Origin: Chiloscyllium plagiosum
Lineage: Eukaryota
Length of the DNA stretch: 64,000 bases
NCBI RefSeq assembly: GCF_004010195.1
Contig: NC_057718.1
Coordinates: forward strand, 27,463,088 to 27,527,087
Reading direction: 5' to 3'
The notes under the pieces: generated by a model
Seen by the model: only the letters and a program-made list of their open reading frames with translations
Database searches by the model: none
Told to the model about the DNA's origin: nothing
Made by a program: the position numbers and the translations under genes
Shown here: positions 25,896-37,329 of the stretch, in pieces
How the letters are laid out: every line of letters begins with the position of its first letter
Numbering within the stretch: the stretch's first letter is position 1

Positions 25896-27513
25896 CTTAG
25901 CGTCAGGAATATCCAGATGTTTGGGATAAGGGAAGTCCATTTGTACTTTTTTGCAATCAAAGATGCACTAAATGAATCAACCAAATTCAGTCCATTTGAA
26001 TTAGTTTTGGGGTATGAGGTGAGAGGACCACTAAAATTAAGGAGAAATTAGTAAGTTAGAATTCAGAGACACATATTTGGACTTTGTATCAAATTTTCAG
26101 AATGATTAAATAGAGCAGAGGGGTTGGCTAGACAGCATTTAAATATATCACAGCATTGAATGAAACAGGAAGCAGACAAGTCGTCAAAAACTCAATTTTG
26201 CTATCGGGGATAAGGTGTTAGTGTTACTTCCAGTGATAGGTGAAACTTTAAAAGCAAGGTTTAGTGGATCTTATCAAGTCAAAAGGAAGTTGAGTGAGAT
26301 GAACTACTTGATAATGACTCCAGACTGAAAGAACTCTCACAGAGTGTGTCATGTGAACATGTTCAAAAAGAAATTTTGACAGGAAAGGAAAGCAAGAGTA
26401 GAATGTGTTATTGGTTACAACATAGAGGGAAGAACCAAGTTCAGAGGATTTTGAATTGGACATTCCTCAAATTAAATTGGACAAGGAAGTTGTCAAAAAT
26501 TGGGATAAATTATTGAATTACCTTCCAGAGCAAAATTAAAATGACCTGAGAGTTATTATATTGCATGGGGGGGAATATGTGGAAGTAAACTGGGAATTAC
26601 TAACCTAATTATGCATGATGTAAAACATGAGATGCTGCTCCAATTAAGCAACATCCTTATAGGCATAACCCTCAAGTTGGCGCAGGTTCAAAAAGGAGAT
26701 TGAACACATTCTCCAAGATGACATATTCAAAGTGAGTTACAGTGATTGGAGCTCACCCATAGTGATGGTGCCAAAACCAGATGGTACCCAACAGTTACAT
26801 GTGGACTATTAGAAAGTCAATTCAATGCCGTTACAAAAACTGATACATACCCAATTCCACATTTGAAAGAGTGGTTTGAAAAGGTGGGACAAGCAACTTA
26901 TATTTCTAAGTTGGACTTGCTCAGGAGATACCAGCAGGTACCTTTGACTGAAAGAGCAAAGACAATTTTGACTTTCATAATGGCAAATGGACTATGTCAG
27001 TTTAAGGTCATGCTGTTTGGTATGAAAAATGCACCAGCCACATTTCAGAGACTAACCAATAAGGTCATTGCTGGATTACCCAATTGTGCTGTCTATATTG
27101 ATGACCTGGTGATTTTTAGTCACACATGGAAGGAACATTTACAACATTTATCAGAATTGTTTGATCAACTTCGGAAGGCAGGCTTGGTGATAAACCTGAG
27201 TGAAATTAAGTTTGCCAAAACCCTAGTCACCCTCCAGGGCCATGTTATTCGACATGGACAAATGACCCCATGGAATGCAAAAAAAAAAAAAGGTAATTGG
27301 GGAGTTTCCCATACCATCAACAAAAAGGACAGTACTACAATTCCTGCGATTGAGTGGACTTTATCAAATTTCATATAAATTTTAGCAGTATGGCTGCTCC
27401 ACTCACTGAATTGCTAAAACAAAGGCAAGTGGTTTCCATGGACAACGGACAGTCAGAAGGCATTTGACAGCCTGAAAGCAGTGTTAACCACTGCCCCAGT
27501 ATTAGGCACAGTA

Positions 27514-28092
27514 CAGAGAAACCTCAATTATCCAAATTTCAGATTATCTGAAGAAGATCGCAAGGTTGTGATAGAAACTTTACATCAAAGAGGTGTTTCA
27601 AAACTGATCGCGTCTTTTGTTTACAATGATTAAAAATGAACTCTGCTTACTGACAGTGGGTAGGTGGTGGCGGCTATAGGGTGGGGGCAGACGGATAGGA
27701 GTGGGGGCGGGGTAGGTGCAGGCAGGGGGGCCAATGGGGCATGGGTGGGCGTGGGGGCAGGGGCGGTGGCTCACGTGCAGTGTGCCGCTGCCTAATCTCT
27801 TGAACAGGGAGCTGACTTAGCAAGTGCTCACTGTGTCAATCCCATTGAACAGATTGGGGCGGTGGGGCGGGGAATCTTCAGCAATGCCGCAGGTCCCTTA
27901 CACATAAGTGTGTGTCCGCTCAGAAACAAACCCTGACAGAGAGAGAGGGAGCAAGGCAGGAGAGTGAAGAAAAAGGAAACTTCAGAAAACTCTGAGGCCC
28001 AGAAGAGAGGCATTGAATCAATTAACCAAATAATCAATTATCCAAATGAAATACTGCCCACCCATTTCATTCAGCTAATCAAGGTTCCACTG
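27514..28092. mobile_element. Tc1/mariner (Tigger-like) MITE inside Gypsy pol
   Basis: TA at 27512-27513 and 28093-28094; imperfect TIRs cagagaaacctcaattatc / cagtggaaccttgattagc; interrupts the RT-RNase H linker. Confidence 0.7.
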
Positions 28093-28648
28093 TAATTACA
28101 CAAAGCTATTCAAGGTGGCTATTGATGCAAGTGATGTGGGTGTCAGTGCTGTGCTCTTGCAAGAAGACAACGAGAAGATAGAAAACCTGGGTATTTCTCC
28201 AGGAAAGTGAACATTCAGCTGTTGAATATTTCTGCTGTTGAGAAGGTGTTGGTGTTACAACATTTCAATGTTTCTGTTACCAGCAACATATCTGAGACAA
28301 TCATATACACTGACCATAACCCATTGAAGTTTGTACAAAAATTTAAGGACAAAAATGCGAGACTGTTCAAATAGAGACTGTTATTATAGCCACTCAGTTT
28401 GAAAATTGTGCATGTGGCAGGACAAGAAAACGTGACTGCTGATGCATTGTCGAGACTTGAATAAGAGACAGAGGAGGCAGGATTAAAACAGACTGAAACA
28501 GAATGTAGTAGCGCATATTTGCATGATTATTTTCAATATAATGTATATGTGTGTTGTAGAGTACTAACAGTTTAAATTAAGGAGTTTCTAAAAAATGAAA
28601 CCATCTTTGGATATTGAAGGTACATTTTTTAAGGAAGGGGGTGAAAGG

Positions 28649-29291
28649 TGTGATGATGCTGCTCCTTTAACAAGGTTATGCTGTCCTTAGCTTTTTTTCC
28701 CCCCCAGAAAGATTATAAAAGCAGTGACTCCAAAAGGTCTGGCTTGGATGGGTTTTAAGACCAATTTGATTGTAGCTAACAGATACTACCTCAGGTAAAA
28801 GGCTTTAAAGTTTAAAAATAAAACTTGTACAATGTTCCCAGCTCAGATTTGGTTTGGTTTTTGGCAGTCTGGCTATTCATTGAAAACAGTCAGTCAGTCA
28901 GTTTTGAGGCTGCTGATCCAAGAAATAGCTTCATGGAAGAGGGTGTTCCATGCTGCCATTTTTCTCTCTCTCGTAAGACCCTGAATTTATTTTACCTTTT
29001 GTGCCAAGGGGTGTTCATGGGGATTGTTGCAAGTATTTGAAACAGCATCATTAATCTGGATAGTCTGATGGGTTTGCAGATAGGTTAAGTTATTCTATAT
29101 TCTATTCTCTTTTGTTTGTGATTCATTCAGTAATATTGCAAATACATTCTGTTTTGTTTAAAACTAAGTGGTTAGGCCAGCTGCATCCCTCCTGTAATAT
29201 CCACTGTACACCTGCTAACAACAATTAGCAAAGTTTGGGTCCAGGCTACTTTGCTGAAATGCTTTGCGGAGGTCTGGCCTGTTCCAGAACA
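28649..29291 (+). repeat. 3' LTR
   Basis: Starts tgtgatgatgc right after the polypurine tract; ends ccagaaca. Confidence 0.88.
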
Positions 29292-29590
29292 AAATGCACC
29301 ATCGAAAGGATATTGTCCGTGTGCATAATGGCTTTGTAAGGCAACTGCTCTTCCCAGGACCATAAAAAAATACAGAAGGTGGTGTGCACAGGCAGACCAT
29401 CATGAAAGCCAACTTTCCATCTATGGACTCTATTTATGTGGCTCACTGCTGCAGAAAGGCTGCCATCATAAAGGACCCATCCCACAGTAATAACCTCCTA
29501 TAATCTCTTCCATCAGGCAGACGATAAAAAGCCTGAACACATGCATGAGCAGGTTCGGGAACAGCTTCATCCCAGTTTTTATTATATGGA
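29292..29590 (+). mobile_element. Rex1/Babar element, 3' part
   Basis: Continues the host reading across the Gypsy insertion (ctcaccaac..|..tgcaccatcgaaag, i.e. LTN-Y-CTIE). Confidence 0.8.
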
Positions 29591-30699
29591 TGAAAAGCTG
29601 CTGCAATGTTGTTCAGGAGGGAACTAAAGGATTTTGATTCAGTGATAGGGAAGGAACAGCAATATATTTCCAAATCATGGTGAGTGGCTTGGAGGGTAAC
29701 TTGCAGGTGGTGGCGTTCCCATGTATCGGCTGCCCTTATTCTTCGAGATGGATTCGGAAAGTGCTGTCTGAGAATCTTTGGTGAATTTCTGTGCTGCATC
29801 TTGTAGATAGCACACACTGATCGTCAGTGATGGAGGGAGTGGAAATTTGTGGATGTGGTACCAATCAAAGTTGGCTGTCCTGGATGGTGTCAAACTTTCT
29901 GGGTGTTGCTGGACCTCAAGTTGGAGAACTGATTTCAAGTTGGCGTTGTTAGAGTACTGAAGAAACTCGAAATCTGGCAGAACTTCAGGATTCTGAAGAA
30001 GCACATTGAAAGCAAAACGTTAACTATGCTTCTCTACGAATAAATGCAGCAGGACCTGCTGAGTTTCTGCAGCACTTTCTGCTTTTACTTTAAACATTAT
30101 AAATCTTGGAGAATGTATCATCCTTTAGATCCAGAGAGAGAACAGCAATAGGAAATGTCAGAGACTGGGAATGAAATGATCATCAGCAACACATATAACT
30201 GAAAGCAGTGAGCACAAAGCAAAATCCACTCCAAATATTCTATGTGTACTGCCCTGTGTCTGAATCTGTCCCTCCATGATCAACAGCTCATTACATTTCC
30301 AGTATCAGTAGAAATGCTTCCTGATAATCTGGTTTGGGTCTCAGTTTAAGTACAGCCAAGGATGGAGAATGACACAAGGAATCCAAATAATATTTACAAC
30401 AATAAAGTGGGAAACATGTACTGATTACCTGAAGTAATCAACACACTTAATGTATTATACGCAGCAAATTTATAATTGATTCAGTGGAATTGATAAATGG
30501 TTAGCATCATTCATTGAATACAGGCAGCTTTTCACGATAAATGGTGGAAATGGTATTAAGTAATTTGCCCTAATATTGTCCTAATCTGCTATTTGATTGG
30601 TACATTCAACATAAACTGTAATCCAATAATGCTCAATGGGAATCTCTCTTCTATTTGACTCATTCATCTAACTGTAGATATGGTACTGTTTGATACATA

Positions 30700-32090
30700 A
30701 TTTCACAAAGAGGGAGAGAGAAAACAGGGAATTATAGAACGGTTAGCCAGACGGCAGTGGTGGGAAAGATGCTGGAGTCAATTATAAAAGATGAAATTAT
30801 GACTCATTTGGATAGCAGTAACAGGATAGGTCAGAGTCAGCATGGATTTACAAAATGTGCTTGACTAATCTTCTGGAATTTTTTGAGGATGTAACTATGA
30901 AGATGGACAAGGGAGAGCCAGTGGATGTAGTGTACCTGGACTTTTTCTGAAAGCCTTTGATAAAGTCCCACATAGGAGATTAGTGAACAAACCTAGGGCC
31001 CATGTTACTGGGGGCAAAATACCGACTTAGACTGAAAATTGCTTGGCTGACAGAAAGCAAAGAGTAGTGATAAACTGATCCCTTTCGGAATGGCAGGTGG
31101 TGACCAGAGGGGTACCACAAGGTTCAGTTCTGGGACCGCAGCTGTTTACAATATACATTAATGATATAGATGAAGGTTTTAAAAGTAATATTAGCAAATT
31201 TGCTGATGACACAAAGCTGAGTGGCAGGGTGAAATGCAAGGAGGATGTTAAGAGAAAACAGGGGGACTTGGACAGGTTAGGTGAGTGGACGAATACATGG
31301 CAGATGCAGTTTAATGTGGATAAATGTGTGGTTATCCGCTTTGGTAGTGAGAACAGGATTACTACCTAAACGGAGTCAAGTTAGGTAAAGGGAAAGTACA
31401 ACAAGAACTAGGTGTTCTTGTACATCAGTCAATGAAAGCAAGCATGCAGGTGCAGCAAGCAGTGAAGAAAGCTAATGGCATGCTGGCCTTCATAACAAGA
31501 GGAATTGAGTATAGGAGCAAGGAGGTCCTTCTGCAGCTGTACAGGGCCCTGGTGAGGCCGTACCTGGAGTATTGTGTGCAGTTTTGGTCTCCAAATGTGA
31601 GGAAGGACATTCTGGCTATTGAGGGAGTGCAGCGTAGGTTCACAAGGTCAATTTCTGGAATGGCGGGACTACCATATGTTGAAAGATTGCAGCAACTGGG
31701 CTTGTATACACTGGAGTTTAGAAGGATGAGAGGGGATCTGACTGAGATGTATAAAATTATTAAATGATTTGACACTCTGGAGGCAGGAAGCATGTTCCCG
31801 CTGACGGGTGAGTCCAGAACCAGAGGATACAGTTTAAAAATAAGGGGTAGGCCATTTAGAACAGAGTTGAGGAGAAACTTCATCACCCAGAGAGTGGTGG
31901 ATATATGGAATGCTCTGCCCCAGAAGGCAGTGGAGGCCAAGTCTCTGATAGAGCTCTTAAAGACAGTGGAATCAAGGATTATGGGGATAAGGCAGGAACA
32001 GGATACAGATTGTGGATGATCAGCGATGATCATAATGAACGGTGATATTGGCTCAAAGGGCCAAATGGCCTACTCCTGCATCTGCTGTCT
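30700..32090 (+). mobile_element. CR1 LINE 3' portion
   Basis: ORFs 31097..31369 ([17 protein letters not shown]) and 31432..31767. Confidence 0.95.
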
Positions 32091-32216
32091 AAAAGCGCAG
32101 AAGTCCAGTAGCTGTGCAAGATCTTTCAGAATCTTAATTTCAGCTGTAAGAAGGCATGTTACTTATGTAAATAATAAATGCACTTAAAGAAAATCTATGT
32201 TGTAATCTGAACAAAC

Positions 32217-32340
32217 CTGATGATGTATGTACAGTTTGATGAGTTTTTTGCTGCTGGAGTTCCAACATGATCTGCTGGTGATTATTTTCCCTGAAAAAGC
32301 CTTCCACCGCTCTGGACTGTAGAAGTTTGCTCTCCCAAAG
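32217..32340 (-). CDS. GTF2A1L: GTF2A1L exon 3 (LWESKLLQSRAVEGFFRENNHQQIMLELQQQKTHQTVHTSS)
   Basis: Translated by hand (not in the ORF track in this frame); continues the LWE-K--QS-A motif; acceptor ...gcaataag (AAG), donor GTTTGT; 124 nt, phase 0/1. Confidence 0.9.
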
Positions 32341-33595
32341 CTTATTGCATGAAAGTCAAGAGAGCAAATCAATTACAAAATGGGATTTAAAACATTTTAA
32401 GCAAGTTTCAGAATATTTCACGACAAGTCACTAAAAACGAAAAGCAAACAGCTCATCAGTGTAAGACTACCCAGAGTTATCAATGGTGGCATCCTGGTGT
32501 AAAACTTTTAAGAAACAACTCTCTCAATAGTGAACAGCTACAAATAGAGATTAATAGATTTCTGTGGAAGTATTCACTCATATGGGACAAAGCCTTGAGG
32601 GACTAAATATTCTAAAAGGTGTTGAATGTAAAGCAACATTCAGCTACCAACAGCATGGATTGTTCCTGATTGGCATAATCAAAAATTATGCTAAATATTA
32701 TTCCGAGACTGTTAAACAAAAAAATAAAAATACAAAATGTTGAAAATACTCAGCCAATGAGACAGCATCAGTGGACAGAGAAATAGACCTTACAAATGGG
32801 TAATGTTATAATGTTAGAGTTGTAATAGGTTTTGAACAAATTACTTTTTATTCATTCATGGGATGAATATTTCACTGGCTGGCCCAGCATAATTGCCCAT
32901 CAGAAAGGCAGCAGTAAGTGGCATCTTAAACCACTGCAATCCATTTAGTGTAGATACATCCACAACGCTATTAGGGAGGGAGTGATTGGCTTTTGGCTCA
33001 GTGACACTGAAAGAATGTTGACATATCTCCAAGGTAGAATGAAGAATGGCTCAGGGGAGAACTTGCAGTTCCCATATATCTGTTGCCGTTGTCTATCTAC
33101 ATGGTAAGCACCATAATTTGGAAAGTGCTACCGAAGGAGTCTTGGTGGATTTCTGCAGTGCATCTCATAGATATACTCACTTCTGCTCCTGAGTAGATGT
33201 GCTGCTGCCTGAAAGTGAAAAGAAAACTGAAACGTGCAGAGGAACAGAAACAAAATGGGTACCAGAGATTATAGTAATTGATCTTAATATTGAGTTCAAC
33301 AAAGCTATAAAATACCTAATTAAAAGTTGAAGTGCTGCTCCTTGCGCTTGCATTAAGCTTCACTAAAACAGTGCAATAAGCAGAGGTCATAGCTGTGAGA
33401 GCAAGGAGGAAGATATAAAATGGTACACCATCAGAAGTTTGGGGTTACCTTTGCAAATTTAAATTTCCTTTTGAGTCGGAAGACTGAAAACAATAGGTTT
33501 GCAAGGGAAATTAAAATATAAATGTTTATCTTCTTTTCAATACAAAAGATTTAACAACAAATACTACAAAGACGAGCCAGGCAATATAGGCCGTT

Positions 33596-33852
33596 ACTGA
33601 AAATGTGTTGCTGGAAAAGCGCAGCAGGTCAGGCAGCATCCAAGGAGCAGGAGCCCTTCTGAAATCTGTGTTCATCCCTTGTGGTTGGAGGGTTCCTAGG
33701 CGGAAGATGAGGCGCTCTTCCTCCAACCGTCGTGTTGCTATGTTCTGTCGATGGAGGAGTCCAAGGACCTGCATGTCCTTGGTGGAGTGGGAGGGGGAGT
33801 TGAAGTGTTGAGCCACGGGGTGGTTGGGTTGGTTGGTCTGGGTGTCCCAGAA
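33596..33852 (-). mobile_element. Penelope-like GIY-YIG C-terminal fragment joined to the mini-element tail
   Basis: ORF 33526..33816 AQHFNSPSHS..DMQVLGL....RRLEEERLIFRLGTLQPQGMN, contiguous with the 'gctggaaaagcgcagcaggtcaggcagc' tail. Confidence 0.8.
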
Positions 33853-34099
33853 TATAGGCAGTTAGTATGGAAAGGATTTAAAGCAGAATTGGATAAACAT
33901 TTGAGGAAACACAGAATTGATAGGAGTTATTTTCAATATTTTGAACAACCTTTTCAGTCCTCAACCTTCCTATTACAAAGATATCTTTTCTCAACTAATT
34001 TAGCAAGTGCATACAGAACACTACTACACACCTATCACCCTGACTCTTTTCAATCTCCCATAAATCAAGTTCCATCTTCAAATCTGTTCAAAATATGAT

Positions 34100-35310
34100 T
34101 AGTCATGGTTAATATTATGGAAGTAAAATCATGTCAACCATATCAAACTGAATTCTGTTAGGCTGTACATGGCAAAGTAAATATAAGAAAAACTGTGGAT
34201 GTGGATTTACATTTTCAGAAGGCATCCAATAAGATTCTGCACAAGGGGTTCTGACACAAGATTAGGTATTATGGAATTCTGTTAATATGTATTGAGGATA
34301 AATCAAATTCAGGAAACAGGCAAGACTATGTTGTCTTAAAGATTACATGGTGTAACTAATGAAATGCCACAAGTATCAGCAATTAGGCTAGAGCTATTTA
34401 GAGTCTATAAGGCAAAAGGAACTGGGTGTGATGTATCCAGGTGTACTGGTATTATGCAGCGTAAATTATAAGGAAGATATAAACAAACTGGAAAGGGATA
34501 TAGTTAGGTTAAGTGTACATCACGCAGCATGGGGAGCATAACGTGGGAATAGGATGAAAAAACTGTTGATGTTTTAAGTGGTGATAAAATGCAACTTTTC
34601 AGGATCATTAGGGGCTTTTATATGAGAAACACAAAGATAGCACGTAGGTGCAGCATGCAATTAGGAAGGAAACTGTATGCTAGCCCTCATTGTAAGTGGG
34701 TTGTATAACAAGAGTAACAACATTTCAGTGCAATTCTATAGCACTTTAGATGGACAATATTTGAATCACTACATATCCTACTAGAATATAGAACATTACA
34801 GACAGTACAGGCCCCTCAGCTCTCGATGTTGTGCCAACCTGTGAAACCAATCTGAAGCCCATCTAACCTATACTATTCCATAATCATCCATTTGTTTATT
34901 CAATGACTATTTACATGCCATTAAAGTTGGGAAGTCTACTACTGTTGCAGGTAAGGTGTTCTACGCCCTTACTACTCTAAGTAAAGAGCCTACTTCTGAC
35001 ATCTGTCCTATATCTATCACCCCTCGATTTAAAACTATATCTCCTCGTGGCAGCCAACACCATCTGAGGATAAAGGCTCTCACTCTCCTCTGATCATCTT
35101 GTATGGCTCTATTAAGTCACCTCTCAACATTCTTCTCTCCAACAAGAACAGCCTCATGTCCTTCAGCTTTTCCTCATAAGATCCTCCCTCCATACCAGGC
35201 AACATTCTGGTAAATCTCCTTTGCACCCTTTCCAATGCTTCCACATCCTTCCTATGATACGGCAACCAGTACGGTACACAATATTGCAAGTGCAGCCGTA
35301 CCAGAGTACA
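34100..35310. mobile_element. CR1 fragments: old (+) copy about 34100-34760 and 3' end (-) about 34790-35310
   Basis: ORF 35080..35340 LVRLHLQYCVPYWLPYHRKDVEALERVQRRFTRMLPG. Confidence 0.8.
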
Positions 35311-35537
35311 TGCCTTAGAATGGATGCAATGACAATTCATTAAATGAATTTCTGTGCTGAGTAGATTGGTCTGTGATTGAATAGATTGGACTTATAATCT
35401 CGGAGGTCTGTAATGTTCTTCTATTTTTTATTATCAGGTCAAGTATTTTTATTGCTACTCATAATTGGCATACGCTTAGAAAAGTAACACTTAGGACAGA
35501 AAATGTAAACTTCTGTGATAACAGAAGTACCAAATAC

Positions 35538-35639
35538 CTGCTTCAGATCCTTGAGAACATGATCGTCAATACCTTCCTCAAGGAAAAAATCATGTACATT
35601 GCTGATGACATCCTCAATAACAGATTTATAGAGTCTGGG
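35538..35639 (-). CDS. GTF2A1L: GTF2A1L exon 2 (PRLYKSVIEDVISNVHDFFLEEGIDDHVLKDLKQ), TFIIA N-terminal helical region
   Basis: Acceptor ttgttttacag, donor GTATTT, 102 nt, phase 0/0; strong match to the recalled TFIIA/ALF motif PKLYRSVIEDVI...EEGI...VLKDLKQ. Confidence 0.95.
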
Positions 35640-37329
35640 CTGTAAAACAAAAAACAATTTTATTTGCAGTTAGATATTTTTTCCACAGTTTTGACTTTTA
35701 TGAGGTTGTTCCTTCCTTTTTTGTATGAGGTGGCAAAACAGTATGAGCCAGCTATAAGCAAACAGAGATAAAACTTCTTATGGGATTGCTCACAGCAGTG
35801 ACGTATAGTGGATTGTAATGCACTATACATCGTTATAGTATAATGATAGATTTCCTACTGTCTACAGGAGTTTCAACATCTATGTTTCAAAAAAGATTAT
35901 CAACTCTGCATTTAAAGTTTTGTAATCAAATCCCTTATTCTGGAGAAGCAGAATGCAATAATGCATACTTGGACGATTTGTTTGAAAAACAGATGCAGAT
36001 GAGATATGTCATGTTATTCATTATTGCGGAGGCAGAAATCATTGGCAAATAAGAGGACAATTAATGAATTCCAAAACATTTATCAATGTTGTTTCTTAAC
36101 TGTCCCCAGTCAGGTATGAAAATCATCAATGGATTTCTTTAACTGCTTTGACCTGAATTTATCTCAGTCCCATCAATAAAACAGATCTTCTGGTATTATA
36201 TCTCATCACAGTTTGTATGACTTTTAACTGCACCAAGTGGCTATCTGTTCTCCTACATTAAGAACAGTGACTACATTTTAAGGTATTAAATGGCTGAATG
36301 GTACTTTGGGACATCACAGTCATGAAAGGAGCTACAGAGATGCAAACTAGTTAGACAATCAATAATGATCTCATTGAATGGCAGAACAAGCTTGTAGGGC
36401 TGAATGGCTTACTCTTGTGCCTATTTTCTATGTTTTTAATTCTAATTAATAGAATGCTTTGGTTGTCTGATGGTTTGTTTAAAAGATCTTCAACATTTAG
36501 GATAAAGTGAGCGGTGAAGGATGTATTAAGGATGTTAAGTGAAGAAGCTTTATTCAAATTTTCCACATCCGGTAATGAGCAGGTCAGCAGATACTACCTG
36601 AGTCCTCAGACTTTTCTGTCTTTATAATCTTCCTAATTTAGTTTCTATTGAGACATTCAAGAGATGATTTGATGATTATTAAATAGAGACAATTGACTAA
36701 ATTTTACCATTAATTACAAAGTCCCTCCTACTCCACAAATCCTCAACCAACTCAAGCTCTTCTGAAAGAAAATTCCCTGCATATTTGGCATTAGCCTAGT
36801 GAATCTTATCTGGCCTTGAAGGTTGGATGATCCCTCCAACCCTGTTTGTACCATGCTGCCTCTGGATGCCTTCATGGGTAGGTTGACAGGTGCCTTTAAA
36901 GGCCATGTCCAGCACATTCATTGTCTGCCGGTCATACATATAGATATTCATTCCAGTCCTCTCGCCATTTGTCCATACCAACAACAAGGTGACAGGAGCC
37001 GAAAGAATGTTGTCTCACTCCAGGTGCTCCTTCCTCACAAAATAGACAAAACAATGCCAATAGACACCCAGCTGGAGGAGGAACCACATATAGAGTCCCG
37101 AGAATTCTTCTCTTACGACACCTAAGGGGTCCCTGTCTTCCAGAGGAGGGTGAACATGCTTTTAATCAGGACAAACCCAGCATGTCGGGGACTTCAAACC
37201 AGAAATGCCCTAGGGCTGCATGACCAAAATACCAAGGCCAATGGACTGCAATTACAAGGAGATCAAAGGAGGAACAAAGTATTGAGAGGCATGAAAGGAC
37301 CTGACAGGAAAGAACAGGCTGGAAGGATA

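Larger units (their letters stand above)
22246..29291 (+). mobile_element. Decayed Gypsy LTR retrotransposon, Gmr1-like (INT-RT-RH order)
   Basis: LTRs TG...CA at 22246-23034 and 28649-29291; purine tract 28631-28648; degenerate 4-bp TSD acat/aaat; integrase C-terminus and GPY/F region about 25900-26370; RT YIDD in ORF 26746..27378; RNase H (IDASD..., YTDHNPL, ENVTADALSR) about 28100-28463. Confidence 0.9.
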
